A stretch of DNA of 63,688 bases, filler included, from Octopus bimaculoides (lineage: Eukaryota): NCBI RefSeq assembly GCF_001194135.2. It is 6 parts of 6 records of this genome, joined end to end, with 100 filler letters (N's around TTAATTAATTAA, not from the genome) between each part and the next. Parts side by side here need not be neighbours in the genome. Positions count along the whole stretch, not along the records: positions 31,598 to 45,228 come from NC_068986.1; positions 45,329 to 57,106 come from NC_068991.1; 4 more parts are not named here. One strand, written 5' to 3'. The position numbers and the translations under genes are program-made. The stretch's first letter is position 1. Every line of letters starts with the position of its first letter. Positions 35,488 to 47,687 of this stretch are shown one piece after another. The notes below the pieces were generated by a model. It did no database searches and was not told the DNA's origin. It saw only the letters and a list, made by a program, of their open reading frames with translations.

Positions 35488-35959
35488 AGGACGTTGGTGT
35501 TGCTTTGGCGGAGGTTTGCGATCTCTGAGTGCTCTTGTTGTTGCTTTTGCTACTGCTGGTGGTGGTGGATTTTGTTGTTTATTTTAGTGTTTCAAAGATA
35601 TATATGTTTTTATTTGTGTTATGGCATGCACGCACACTAACACTAACACTAACACACACATGTATAAATAGATATAATCTTTATGCGTAAGAGCGCGCCT
35701 GTCTATGTGTGCTTGTAACTAAGTGAGCGTAACCCAATCAATAATAAAGCTGTAAATAACAAACATGTACACACTCATAGTAAATGAAACTCCAGTTTAA
35801 CAAACACTAAGAGTTTTTTAATTAACTAAAATTTCAGGGTGGGAGTATTGTTAATATTTAAAACTGGAAAGGTTCATATAGACGTCACATGCTCAAATCT
35901 GAGACCGAAATGAATAGTTTCAAGCCTCATATATCAATCACTGGTGATCTAACAGAAAA

Positions 35960-36150
35960 ACGCGGTTGTGCCTGGTTAGGGCATTTGGCCATTGTACACA
36001 TGATCGTAAGATTGTGGTTTCGATTCCAGGACCGGATGATGCGTTGTGTTCTTGCGCAAAAAGTTTCATTTCACGTTACTTCAGTCCACTCACCCGAGTA
36101 ATTCTGTAATGGACCGGCTTCTTGTTCCAAAAACCGGTCTTATGAGCCCC
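35960..36150 (+). mobile_element. Family C-related SINE
   Basis: tRNA-like head; body shared with 26205-26415. Confidence 0.7.
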
Positions 36151-36540
36151 ATGACTTGAAATTTAATTATTTTTTATTTAATTATTTTTGCTTTAATAGA
36201 ACAGTATTATTATTTTTATGTGGAAATATGTATTCTGAATGGGATGCAAATGATACTAGCAATACTTGAAGGGCTGTCGAATATCAAACCAATTTGATTG
36301 AACATCTGTCTCTAACAGCAACATTAAGCTTTTTAATGAGGCAACCACCACAATGTTACATTACCGTGTACCTGGTATGCCATGCTTTCAAATAAAATAC
36401 AATTGACTCCCATTAATCTAGTAACTTTGGGTCACGTCGAACGCCTGATTAACGAGTTTGTTGGTCAATCATTCGTTAAATTAGCACATATAGTTTACCC
36501 AACAACTAACCACCTGCTGCAGCTGTATATATATATGTGC

Positions 36541-36621
<81 letters not shown>

Positions 36622-36920
36622 TATGTGTGTGTGTGTGTGTGTGTGTGTTTCTTTGTGTCTTTATTTGTCCTCACCACCAAACGCGTGGAGAGAGTATCCT
36701 CTACCATACCTATTAGAAGCCTACCGGTAAATACACTGGACATTACGTTAAATATATACACTTGATGTCTATTACACTAGTGCTTCTTCTACTTCATATA
36801 TGATTTTATTCTTACGCATGCATTATCCGGGCATACCCGCACATAGTTTGAACGCTATATCTATATAAGTCCTGGAATGGCGAGGTGATTTATCTCCGAT
36901 TCTGTTCGGGTATGTAATGT

Positions 36921-36979
<59 letters not shown>

Positions 36980-37369
36980 CATACATACATACATACACAG
37001 AACGTCACCAACGGTCCAAATAGCATGTAAATAAACGAGCTAAATACGTAAAAACGAAAAAAAAATGGAAAACAGGACAAGTAAACACTGAGAAGGAACC
37101 ATTCATCAGTTATCGGCTGTCTATTTACTCCTCCTTTCGAGCGTTCAACGACAACATGAGTCTTTAAAGACAGTTGCCCCCAGAAATTCAAAAATAGAAT
37201 TTAGGATTTATGGAGGGTCAAAGGTGGGAACAAAAACATGACAGTGTTGACACGCAAGGAAACCGAACGAAAACAAACATGGAGGGCCGTTAGACCAGAA
37301 CGAGAGGAAAATAGTGAATGGTGGGAGAAATAATTTTTTGAAAAGAAAACAAGTCATTTTACTGCAGCC

Positions 37370-37710
37370 ATGCAGGAGGACTGCATTGAAGAATTTGAGT
37401 CGAACGAATCGATCCCAGTACTGGTCATTTTTAAACCTGATAGTTATTCTATAGGTATTTTTAGACGAAGCGCTAGGTTACGGGAACGGAAACACACCAA
37501 CAACGTTTGTTACCTGGTGGGTGGGGACAAACACAGAAACACACACCTAAACACGCGCTCGCGCGCGCACACACGCACACAGGCTCACACACACATACAC
37601 ACACAGAGACACAGTATCTTCTTCACAGGCAAGTATCTTGTATTATAGACTCGGGCCAAACAAATCCTTGTAAGTGGATTTAGTGGACGGAAACTGAAAG
37701 AAGCTGTCGT
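37370..37710. mobile_element. Two partial family B SINE pieces in opposite orientations
   Basis: 3' half on the minus strand (37370-37520) and core on the plus strand (37620-37710), joined by (CA)n. Confidence 0.65.
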
Positions 37711-38589
37711 ATATATATATATATATATATATATAAACAAATAGTAAATGAGTATATGCATATATACGTACAGGTATGTGCATACCGACATCCACCTGTA
37801 TGTATAAGTGCATATCTGGGTACAGGACATTGCAAACAAACGTAGACGAGAACACACGAGCCACATAGAGAACATTCTCCTTCATCAGCCACCCACGTTT
37901 TAACACCGGCGTTTCGACGAGCTTGGGCAGGACGCATCGCTAAAACGGCTCGTCCCATGGATCGCAGATTAAATTTGTATACGCAAATTAAATCTAGCCA
38001 TGGAGGAATGTAGTGGCGGACAAAAAACAAGACAGGAAAACAAACAGAAAAGGCTTTACGGNNNNNNNNNNNNNNNNNNNNNNNNNNNNNNNNNNNNNNN
38101 NNNNNNNNNNNNNNNNNNNNNNNNNNNNNNNNNNNNNNNNNNNNNNNNNNNNNNNNNNNNNNNNNNNNNNNNNNNNNNNNNNNNNNNNNNNNNNNNNNNN
38201 NNNNNNNNNNNNNNNNNNNNNNNNNNNNNNNNNNNNNNNNNNNNNNNNNNNNNNNNNNNNNNNNNNNNNNNNNNNNNNNNNNNNNNNNNNNNNNNNNNNN
38301 NNNNNNNNNNNNNNNNNNNNNNNNNNNNNNNNNNNNNNNNNNNNNNNNNNNNNNNNNNNNNNNNNNNNNNNNNNNNNNNNNNNNNNNNNNNNNNNNNNNN
38401 NNNNNNNNNNNNNNNNNNNNNNNNNNNNNNNNNNNNNNNNNNNNNNNNNNNNNNNNNNNNNNNNNNNNNNNNNNNNNNNNNNNNNNNNNNNNNNNNNNNN
38501 NNNNNNNNNNNNNNNNNNNNNNNNNNNNNNNNNNNNNNNNNNNNNNNNNNNNNNNNNNNNNNNNNNNNNNNNNNNNNNNNNNNNNNNAT

Positions 38590-38790
38590 ATATATACATA
38601 TGTATATATACATTTGTGTGTCTGTGTTTCTTTCCCCACCATCGCTTGACAACAGATGTTGGTGTGTTTACGTTCCCGTAACTTAACGGTTTGGCAAAAG
38701 GGACCGATAGAATAAGTCCTGGGGACTTTGTTCCACTAAAGGCGGTGTTCCAGTATGGCCGCAGTCAAATTCCTGAAACAAATAAAAGAA
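38590..38790 (+). mobile_element. Family B SINE, 3' half
   Basis: CATCGCTTGACAAC...CCAGTATGGCCGCAGTCAAAT. Confidence 0.8.
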
Positions 38791-38863
38791 TATATATATA
38801 ATATATAGATAGATAGATATGTTTCTATGTATATAGAATTTGTATGTGTGTGTGTATGTTTCT

Positions 38864-38977
38864 TATGCATTCCAAAACCAAGTTGCCGTTTTTGACGTAA
38901 GGGGTATCAAAAGATACCAACTAAACTATATTTTCATTCACTTACTTGCATTACAAAAATTAAGATTATCATTTTTC
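38864..38977 (+). pseudogene. Decayed LRR-coding fragment
   Basis: Single open frame YAFQNQVAVFDVRGIKRYQLNYIFIHLLALQKLRLSF. Confidence 0.55.
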
Positions 38978-39720
38978 TTTTAGTCACTATCGTAAACGAC
39001 ATCTTTTACCTCCACCACCACAATGACGTGACGTCACATTTTCTATATGTGTTCGCGCGTTCATTACGTACGTTAGGTCGATGACTGACAAGTATATGTT
39101 TGTGACGGTGTTTGTGCCCCTCAGTATACATACATTTTGCGATGATTGACACTCACACATACATCTAAAGACACAGACAGACACACACAGGGACAGAGAT
39201 AAGCTTGAGGTGTGTGTGTGTGTGTGTGTCTTAGTATATGTGTGTAACTTTTCCCCCACCCAGTCAACAGTGAAACGCACTGATATTGAAAATTACAACG
39301 ACTAGGTTTCATTGAGAAAGTGAAAATAGTTTCACACTTTCAATTTCAACCAAAATTACAGTGTTCGATTACGAGGCTAGCGATGTGTGAATAATGAAAG
39401 TAGTGTTTCTCTGAATTAGCCACATCTATATCATAATAAAGAAAGTTGCTTCACTCAACAACTCTTTTTACAACTAAAATGACCTCTATAACTACGCGGG
39501 TCGCACAATTTCGAGGTCATTTTCGGACATTATTTCAATTTGCTTCTAATGTTTCACTTTCATCTGATGTTTCACGCATGCGTATAATTCTACTCGGACA
39601 AACATTTACGAAAATGTACACATAAATATTGTATTAAAATAAGCCACAACCAAGAAAATTGCATTAAAAGACATCCATTTCTCTATATGCTATGAGGAAA
39701 TACAGTCACTCTCTTAATCT

Positions 39721-39815
39721 CTCTCTCTTTCTCGGTCTCTCTCTTTCTCGGTCTCTCTCTTTCTCGGTCTCTCTCTTTCTCGGTCTCTCTCTTTCTCGCT
39801 CTCTCTCTTTCTCCC
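39721..39815. repeat. 16-bp minisatellite (CTCTCTCTTTCTCGGT)n
   Basis: About 4-5 tandem units grading into (CT)n. Confidence 0.85.
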
Positions 39816-39966
39816 ACTCTCTCATGCGCAAAAAGGTTGTATACATATGTATTTATGGGCTAAGGTAAAGAATACGCACATCCGGTGTTTAGAGTTAGGG
39901 TTTCGCCGAAAACGGGTGATGCACGTATTCTTCACTTCCGCCTATTTATGTACGCGTATATAAAAG

Positions 39967-40041
<75 letters not shown>

Positions 40042-40307
40042 GCGAGTGAGTGACACATATTCATGCAAAAAGATGCATACATCACAACACACCTTCACTC
40101 ATTCACTCACTCACTCGCTCACTCACTCGCTTATTCATTTTCTCGCTCTCTCTTTTACACACACACGTCCTTTTCTTATATACGTACATCTTTCACTTTC
40201 TCCTCGCTTTTACTTTCTTCTCTCACTGCAAAGCAAATGTCACTTTTTCACTTTATCCTCTCTTTCAATTTCTGCTCTCTTCAAAGCATAAAGAAATTAA
40301 AAGAATT

Positions 40308-40830
40308 TTACAGAAATTGTCGAACAATCATATGATCCCATATATGTCAAGCTGACAACTTCGTTTCTTCAAACAACTTTGTTTCTTCCTTTGACACACA
40401 CACGCACGCACGTACATACATACACACGCACACATGCACACACACTCTAGGTAAAACTTCTGTGCGAATTATGTTATTTATTGCAATGTGCACAAGCAAA
40501 TTTAAAGCTCAAATGCAATTGAAATAATCTTTTTCATTTGTGTTTGTGACGAATGTATTTAAAAACCTGATCGATATAAACTTAAAACAAAGTTTTCCCA
40601 GAAATCCTATCCTTTACCTCTTCTTTTTAGCATGTCTGAGGTGACATTTCCGCTCCCTCGCCTTATTTTTTTCCTAAATTTCTTCCGATTCCTATGTTTG
40701 CAATACAGGACATTAGGATTTCACCCACAAAACACGTTCTCAATGTTTTTATTTTCTCCCTCTCCACATTAAATTAAATCCATCTTTTACTTTTTTTCAA
40801 ATATTTTTTCTTGGTAATCCATGGAGAAAA
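40308..40830 (+). pseudogene. Decayed LRR fragments ending in an LRRCT-like GNPW
   Basis: LQKLSNNHMI (40308), NVFKNLIDINLKQSFPRNPI (40552) and IFFLGNPWR (40801). Confidence 0.5.
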
Positions 40831-42067
40831 AAACAGAGAGTACGAATTTTTAAGAATTTTACCCATCAGCTCATCACTTTCAAAAATGTACACACTTGCA
40901 ACGTTTCACTTTTAGCTTTTTGGGAAGCGGGAAAGTTGCTTCAGAANNNNNNNNNNNNNNNNNNNNNNNNNNNNNNNNNNNNNNNNNNNNNNNNNNNNNN
41001 NNNNNNNNNNNNNNNNNNNNNNNNNNNNNNNNNNNNNNNNNNNNNNNNNNNNNNNNNNNNNNNNNNNNNNNNNNNNNNNNNNNNNNNNNNNNNNNNNNNN
41101 NNNNNNNNNNNNNNNNNNNNNNNNNNNNNNNNNNNNNNNNNNNNNNNNNNNNNNNNNNNNNNNNNNNNNNNNNNNNNNNNNNNNNNNNNNNNNNNNNNNN
41201 NNNNNNNNNNNNNNNNNNNNNNNNNNNNNNNNNNNNNNNNNNNNNNNNNNNNNNNNNNNNNNNNNNNNNNNNNNNNNNNNNNNNNNNNNNNNNNNNNNNN
41301 NNNNNNNNNNNNNNNNNNNNNNNNNNNNNNNNNNNNNNNNNNNNNNNNNNNNNNNNNNNNNNNNNNNNNNNNNNNNNNNNNNNNNNNNNNNNNNNNNNNN
41401 NNNNNNNNNNNNNNNNNNNNNNNNNNNNNNNNNNNNNNNNNNNNNNNNNNNNNNNNNNNNNNNNNNNNNNNNNNNNNNNNNNNNNNNNNNNNNNNNNNNN
41501 NNNNNNNNNNNNNNNNNNNNNNNNNNNNNNNNNNNNNNNNNNNNNNNNNNNNNNNNNNNNNNNNNNNNNNNNNNNNNNNNNNNNNNNNNNNNNNNNNNNN
41601 NNNNNNNNNNNNNNNNNNNNNNNNNNNNNNNNNNNNNNNNNNNNNNNNNNNNNNNNNNNNNNNNNNNNNNNNNNNNNNNNNNNNNNNNNNNNNNNNNNNN
41701 NNNNNNNNNNNNNNNNNNNNNNNNNNNNNNNNNNNNNNNNNNNNNNNNNNNNNNNNNNNNNNNNNNNNNNNNNNNNNNNNNNNNNNNNNNNNNNNNNNNN
41801 NNNNNNNNNNNNNNNNNNNNNNNNNNNNNNNNNNNNNNNNNNNNNNNNNNNNNNNNNNNNNNNNNNNNNNNNNNNNNNNNNNNNNNNNNNNNNNNNNNCA
41901 CACACACGCACGCACACTCACTCACACACACACGCGCGGACACACACACGCACACACACGCACACACACACACACGCGCATATATATTGGACAGCCTTCT
42001 TTCAGTTTCTATCTACAAAATCTACTGCTTTGTTTGGCCCAAGGCTATAGTAGAAGTCAGTTGCCCA

Positions 42068-42115
<48 letters not shown>

Positions 42116-42267
42116 ATGTGCGTCTGTATGTATTTATACATGTACACGCACGTGCACACGCAATCAGACACACATACATGCACACCACCACTCACACACG
42201 CATACACAAAAACACACGCACTCACACATATATATATATATATATGTATATATATACGTAGATAGGC

Positions 42268-42303
<36 letters not shown>

Positions 42304-42734
42304 AGAAGAAGAAGAAGAAGAAGAAGAAGAAGAAGAAAGTCCTTCAGTATATGATGTTTGAAATTTATCAAAAACTTTCTTAAATTTTGAAATGAGACAT
42401 TGGGTGTGTGACGGCCTGCTGATTGGTTTATCCTCATGGCCTTTATGTATGCGATTATGATATGTGAGCATGCACATCTAGGTTAAACAACAAAACATTC
42501 CAACACTCTAGCTTCTTGTCTCTAAGAAAAAAATAGCGAATTAAGAAAATATGCCCTGCAAAGCAGGCAAGCTCACATCCTGTGAGATTATTAAAAGAAA
42601 AGAAAAGAAAAAATGAGAGAGCAGGAAGTGTTATGATTCTTTTGAACTCTACGTGACCTTAGCTGCCAAGTACATCTCACAGCACTCAACTGTTTACCTA
42701 CAAATATACCATCCAAACCAAGGGTGACTTTTTC

Positions 42735-43370
42735 GTTTTTGCTTGTTTTAGTCATCAGACTGCGGCCATGCTGGGACACTGCCTTGAAGAAAATTAGTCG
42801 AATGAATTCACTCCAGTACTTACTTTTTTAAGCCTGGTACTTATTTTATCTAACTCGTTTGCCGAACAGCTTGTTTATGGGGACGTAAACATTCCAACAC
42901 CGATTGTCAAGCGGTGGTGGAGGAAAAACAGACACAAGGACACTTAACCACACAAGCACACACACATATATATGACGGACTTCTTTCAGTTTCCATCTAC
43001 CAAATCCACTCCAAGGCTATACTAGAAGACACTTCTATACTTGAAGGCGAGTGGGGGAGCTGGTAGAAACGTTAGCACGCCGGGCGAAATGCATAGCGGT
43101 ATTTCGTCTGCCGTTACGTTCTGAGTTCAAATTCCGCCGAGGTCGACTTTGCCTTTCATCCTTTCGAGGTCGATTAAATAAGTACCAGTTATGCACTGAG
43201 GTCGATGTAATCGACTTAATCTCTTTGTGCTTGTTTGTCCCCTCTGTGTTTAGCCCCCTGTGGGCAATAAAGACATAAATACTAGAAGACACTTGCCCAA
43301 AGCGACTCTCAGTGAGACTGAACCCGGAACCATGTCGTTGAAAAGAATGCTTCTCACCACATTGCTGTAC
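42735..43370 (-). mobile_element. Family B SINE interrupted by a family A SINE (43035-43278, +)
   Basis: 16-bp TSD ATACTAGAAGACACTT at 43019-43034 and 43279-43294. Confidence 0.9.
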
Positions 43371-43851
43371 CTATAATAACTACCTTTTTTTAAATCTCCA
43401 CCTCTCTTATCTAAAACTAACCCCACACATATTCCCCGACACCAACCACTTTTTTTATTTACATATGCGTGAGATTTCTGTCACTAAATCTGCTACACGC
43501 TGTTCGTCACTGTTTGCAATATATAAAAAAAATAAGAGACATTCCCTTTTATATATTGCGAACAGGGACGAATAACTGCCAAGTCTTTCAGACAGGTATC
43601 CAGTACTGCGGAAGGTAAGTCCCTGAAACCAGTTCTGACCTAGTGATCCTGTCACTGGTCCTGTTTTGGACGGGAGGGGTTCGCTCCCTTGCTCGCAATA
43701 TCAGACACTGGTTTTGAGTCATTTACCAGCTGGGGTAGTGACATTGTTCCGCACGGAACCGCCATGTTAAAGTAGCAACAAACATTACTTTTCAGTGGAG
43801 TTACTTTCCTTCTATATATATATATGTATGTATATATATATGTATCTATGC

Positions 43852-43913
<62 letters not shown>

Positions 43914-43950
43914 GCATAGATACATATATATACATACATACACACATATA

Positions 43951-43984
<34 letters not shown>

Positions 43985-44096
43985 CATACATATATACATA
44001 CATACATTCATATATATATATACATACATATATATGCATATATATATACATACATACACATATATATACATACATACATGCATATATATATACATG

Positions 44097-44149
<53 letters not shown>

Positions 44150-44427
44150 TTGTGTATGTATTTATATTATCTTAGTTGAAAAACTTCGAAACGGTAAATA
44201 TGTTAATAGTTACCAGGGTAGCAAAATTCACAAAGAAACGGATATTATACCTGGTTATGGGGTAGAAATTCCATGTTAAAGTGATGTATTTTGAGTTGAC
44301 ATAATAAAGAATAAATGGAGCACAACGCATATGATAGATAAGTTCCTTTAATTCCGACACATGTTTCGAAAATTATTTGCTCTCTATTCCAAAGGAATAA
44401 AAGATGTTATTAGACATGTAATTTTCT

Positions 44428-44883
44428 CTTCAGGGAACCATTTTACAAATGCAAGACTTGTACCGAAATTACGTATTTGGAATAACACTATATAGCTAAG
44501 TTTAAGAAGACCGTAAGATGTAAGAACGTAGTATTGGGAGGGAAGTAATGAATGCTACAATTAGAGTTTAAATTAAATAGAAGACATAAACCACAAAAAA
44601 AATTCTTTAAAATTATACATTAAGTGTTTTGATAAAAAATGTATATAAGTGGAAAGAAAAAGGGACATAATCCAGTGGATTTGTGTTAAGAGTGTTTATT
44701 ATGTCTTCTATTTAATTTAAACTCTAATTATAGCATTCATTACTTCCCTCCCAATACTACACCCTGTTACCTTGCGTTCTTACATCTAATGGTCTTTTTA
44801 AACTTAGCTATATACTGTTATTCTAAATACGTAATTTTCACATTCGGTATAAGTCTTGCATTTGTAAAATGGTTCCCTGAAGA
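44428..44883. repeat. Long inverted repeat (arms about 165-185 bp, spacer about 105 bp)
   Basis: 44428-44590 is the reverse complement of 44698-44883, with small indels. Confidence 0.9.
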
Positions 44884-45228
44884 ATTTGATTTGAAATGAC
44901 TCCAACCAACTGTGAAACATGGCGGTATCTCTGTAATGGTATGGGGAGCTGTTACCAGCAATGGTCGTTCTGAGCTGATCGAATGTGTTGGAACCATAAA
45001 CTCTGAAAAATACATGGAAATACTTAAGCAAGGACTACTTCCGATGTATTCACACGATAACATAACGAAAAATAAGTTTTTATTCATGGAAGATGGGGTT
45101 CCATGTCACACAGCGAAAAGGAATCAACAATGGTTGACTGAAAATGAGATCAAAAAGCTTCCTTGGCCGAGCCAATCTCCTGACATGAACCCAATTGAAA
45201 ATCTTTGGAGCATCCTAGATAGAATTAT
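44860..45228 (+). mobile_element. Tc1 (DD34E) transposase fragment
   Basis: QPTVKHGGISVMVWG, FMEDGVPCH and WPSQSPDMNPIENLW, with 34 residues between the second D and the E. Confidence 0.93.
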
Positions 45229-45328
45229 NNNNNNNNNNNNNNNNNNNNNNNNNNNNNNNNNNNNNNNNNNNNTTAATTAATTAANNNNNNNNNNNNNNNN
45301 NNNNNNNNNNNNNNNNNNNNNNNNNNNN

Positions 45329-46100
45329 TGGATATTATCCTCTGGGTCGTGGGTGGGTGTATTCCATCCCTTCCAACGCTCTGCGGTGGTTTTTCTAGCA
45401 GCTGATGTGATCGTATGTGGTCTACCCCGTCCTGACCTGGTGGGGCAGAATCTAGTTAGGTCGTGGTGATCTAAGTATTCATTATTATAAACGAGCTTTA
45501 GGAGGAGGCCTAGTTCCCTCGTGTTCACTTCACGGAAGGTTACTTCACTTTCCGAAATAATTTCAACACATCTCTCTACGGCAAAGTCAATGTCAATGGA
45601 TGGATAGAGAGATACTACATCCATACTGCCTATAATACAATCTGTCAGGTCATGGGAGCAGTTACATTCATTGACTCTGTTGAGGAGGTCCTCAGTGCTT
45701 TCACAAATATCAGGAGACATTTCGATGCGTGGTCTTAAGATCTGTGAGAGGAAGAATGACAGCCTATAATTGCTGGCAATATTGGCACCACAAATCGGTC
45801 GACATGGGGGGCCCATGATAGGGTCTGCAATGGGTTTATGGTCTTTTCGTAACCCATAGAGTGTAGGAATGTCGTTGTTGGATGATGCGAAGTTCTGTGC
45901 TGTGCGTCTCTTGGGTTGGAGTATGTTACACCACATTCCCATGTGTGCATTGAGAATTTTCTCTACTTTTTCATATTCTTGCGGTGTAACTTCTCTCATA
46001 TCTTCTATATGTTTTTGCATCGTATGGGTGTAGTTTTGCAGGCTGTCTACCTATATCCTGCCTGATTTGTCTGTAGGGAGGCATACGAACATTTAGGGAC
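45329..46100 (-). mobile_element. Penelope-like element reverse transcriptase fragment
   Basis: PTDKSG, PTLYGLRKDHK, PCRPICG and GSMDVVSLYPSID. Confidence 0.9.
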
Positions 46101-46104
46101 TATA

Positions 46105-46234
46105 ATAATCAAAAACAAACCTCAGTGCTCTACCAGCATGCCAAAGAACAACATGGTGGTGTACTGGACAGAATTAGCATAGAAATCCTGTCTAGACACC
46201 CCGGTGACGCATCGTTGCGACAAATACAGGAGTC
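46105..46234 (+). mobile_element. Penelope GIY-YIG endonuclease C-terminal fragment, inverted relative to the RT
   Basis: SVLYQHAKEQHGG...IEILSRHPGDASLRQIQES fits the H-x3-H...R-x2-E tail of PLE GIY-YIG domains. Confidence 0.7.
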
Positions 46235-47056
46235 NNNNNNNNNNNNNNNNNNNNNNNNNNNNNNNNNNNNNNNNNNNNNNNNNNNNNNNNNNNNNNNNNN
46301 NNNNNNNNNNNNNNNNNNNNNNNNNNNNNNNNNNNNNNNNNNNNNNNNNNNNNNNNNNNNNNNNNNNNNNNNNNNNNNNNNNNNNNNNNNNNNNNNNNNN
46401 NNNNNNNNNNNNNNNNNNNNNNNNNNNNNNNNNNNNNNNNNNNNNNNNNNNNNNNNNNNNNNNNNNNNNNNNNNNNNNNNNNNNNNNNNNNNNNNNNNNN
46501 NNNNNNNNNNNNNNNNNNNNNNNNNNNNNNNNNNNNNNNNNNNNNNNNNNNNNNNNNNNNNNNNNNNNNNNNNNNNNNNNNNNNNNNNNNNNNNNNNNNN
46601 NNNNNNNNNNNNNNNNNNNNNNNNNNNNNNNNNNNNNNNNNNNNNNNNNNNNNNNNNNNNNNNNNNNNNNNNNNNNNNNNNNNNNNNNNNNNNNNNNNNN
46701 NNNNNNNNNNNNNNNNNNNNNNNNNNNNNNNNNNNNNNNNNNNNNNNNNNNNNNNNNNNNNNNNNNNNNNNNNNNNNNNNNNNNNNNNNNNNNNNNNNNN
46801 NNNNNNNNNNNNNNNNNNNNNNNNNNNNNNNNNNNNNNNNNNNNNNNNNNNNNNNNNNNNNNNNNNNNNNNNNNNNNNNNNNNNNNNNNNNNNNNNNNNN
46901 NNNNNNNNNNNNNNNNNNNNNNNNNNNNNNNNNNNNNNNNNNNNNNNNNNNNNNNNNNNNNNNNNNNNNNNNNNNNNNNNNNNNNNNNNNNNNNNNNNNN
47001 NNNNNNNNNNNNNNNNNNNNNNNNNNNNNNNNNNNNNNNNNNNNNNNNNNNNNNNN

Positions 47057-47088
<32 letters not shown>

Positions 47089-47135
47089 AGTAAGTAGAGC
47101 AAGAAATAGAAAATCCTTGGTACACTATTATATAT

Positions 47136-47198
47136 TTGAAAGAAATGAATAGAAATGGCTTTTCTTATAATTTTTCCAGTTTAACAATTAGATATTTA
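47136..47198 (+). pseudogene. Decayed LRR unit related to 57779 and 59159
   Basis: LKEMNRNGFSYNFSSLTIRYL*, sharing the TCCAGTTTAACA core. Confidence 0.45.
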
Positions 47199-47687
47199 TA
47201 ACTTTACTATATATAGTACATAAAAAAAATACAAAAAAAATCAAAGAACACTACAAGAGAAAAACAACAACACAAGGATGTGGTACGTGCAAAGTATTAG
47301 CAGACGCTTAGGGAAGGAAAGAAAGGTAGTTTAACATTTCCAGAATTGCTCTTCATCAGAAACAGGAGTTGGAGGAAAGTCGAAGAGAAAAGGAAGACAG
47401 AGGGAAAAAAATTGCAAACGACACACTAATGACCTTTGCCAATCACAGCATTAATAGTAATAAGGAAGATGATGATAATGATGACGATGATTCCTGACAT
47501 GAACGCCAAGTTACACATTGTGGGGGTGGGGTGGATTCATATCAATAAAACAATCATAGTGTATGACTGGGTGTTTACTTCACTGGCACAGATTATAGAG
47601 ATAAAAAATAAATGAATATTGCAAAGCATCAGTCAGTCTATATTCCTTTATTTCTTCTGCAAGCATTCATTCATATTTCAACTGAGA

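Larger units (their letters stand above)
33485..35535 (+). mobile_element. Helentron-associated non-autonomous element (HINE/DINE-like) carrying a nested retroelement
   Basis: 5' subTIR ACCTCCGCC with adjacent inverted GGCGGAGGT. 3' subTIR GGCGGAGGT (35507-35515) plus a short hairpin. No TSD; inserted in a TT-rich site. Confidence 0.7.

Noticed and set aside
37880-37965. Possible hammerhead in a Penelope-like repeat (GCTCGTCGAAACG...CTGATGA on the minus strand)
   Set aside because: The core and stems cannot be assembled into a consistent type I or type II fold.
44428-44460. LRR-like SGNHFTN
   Set aside because: It is the antisense mirror of Tc1 coding sequence in the foldback repeat. It shows that short LRR-like words can arise by chance.
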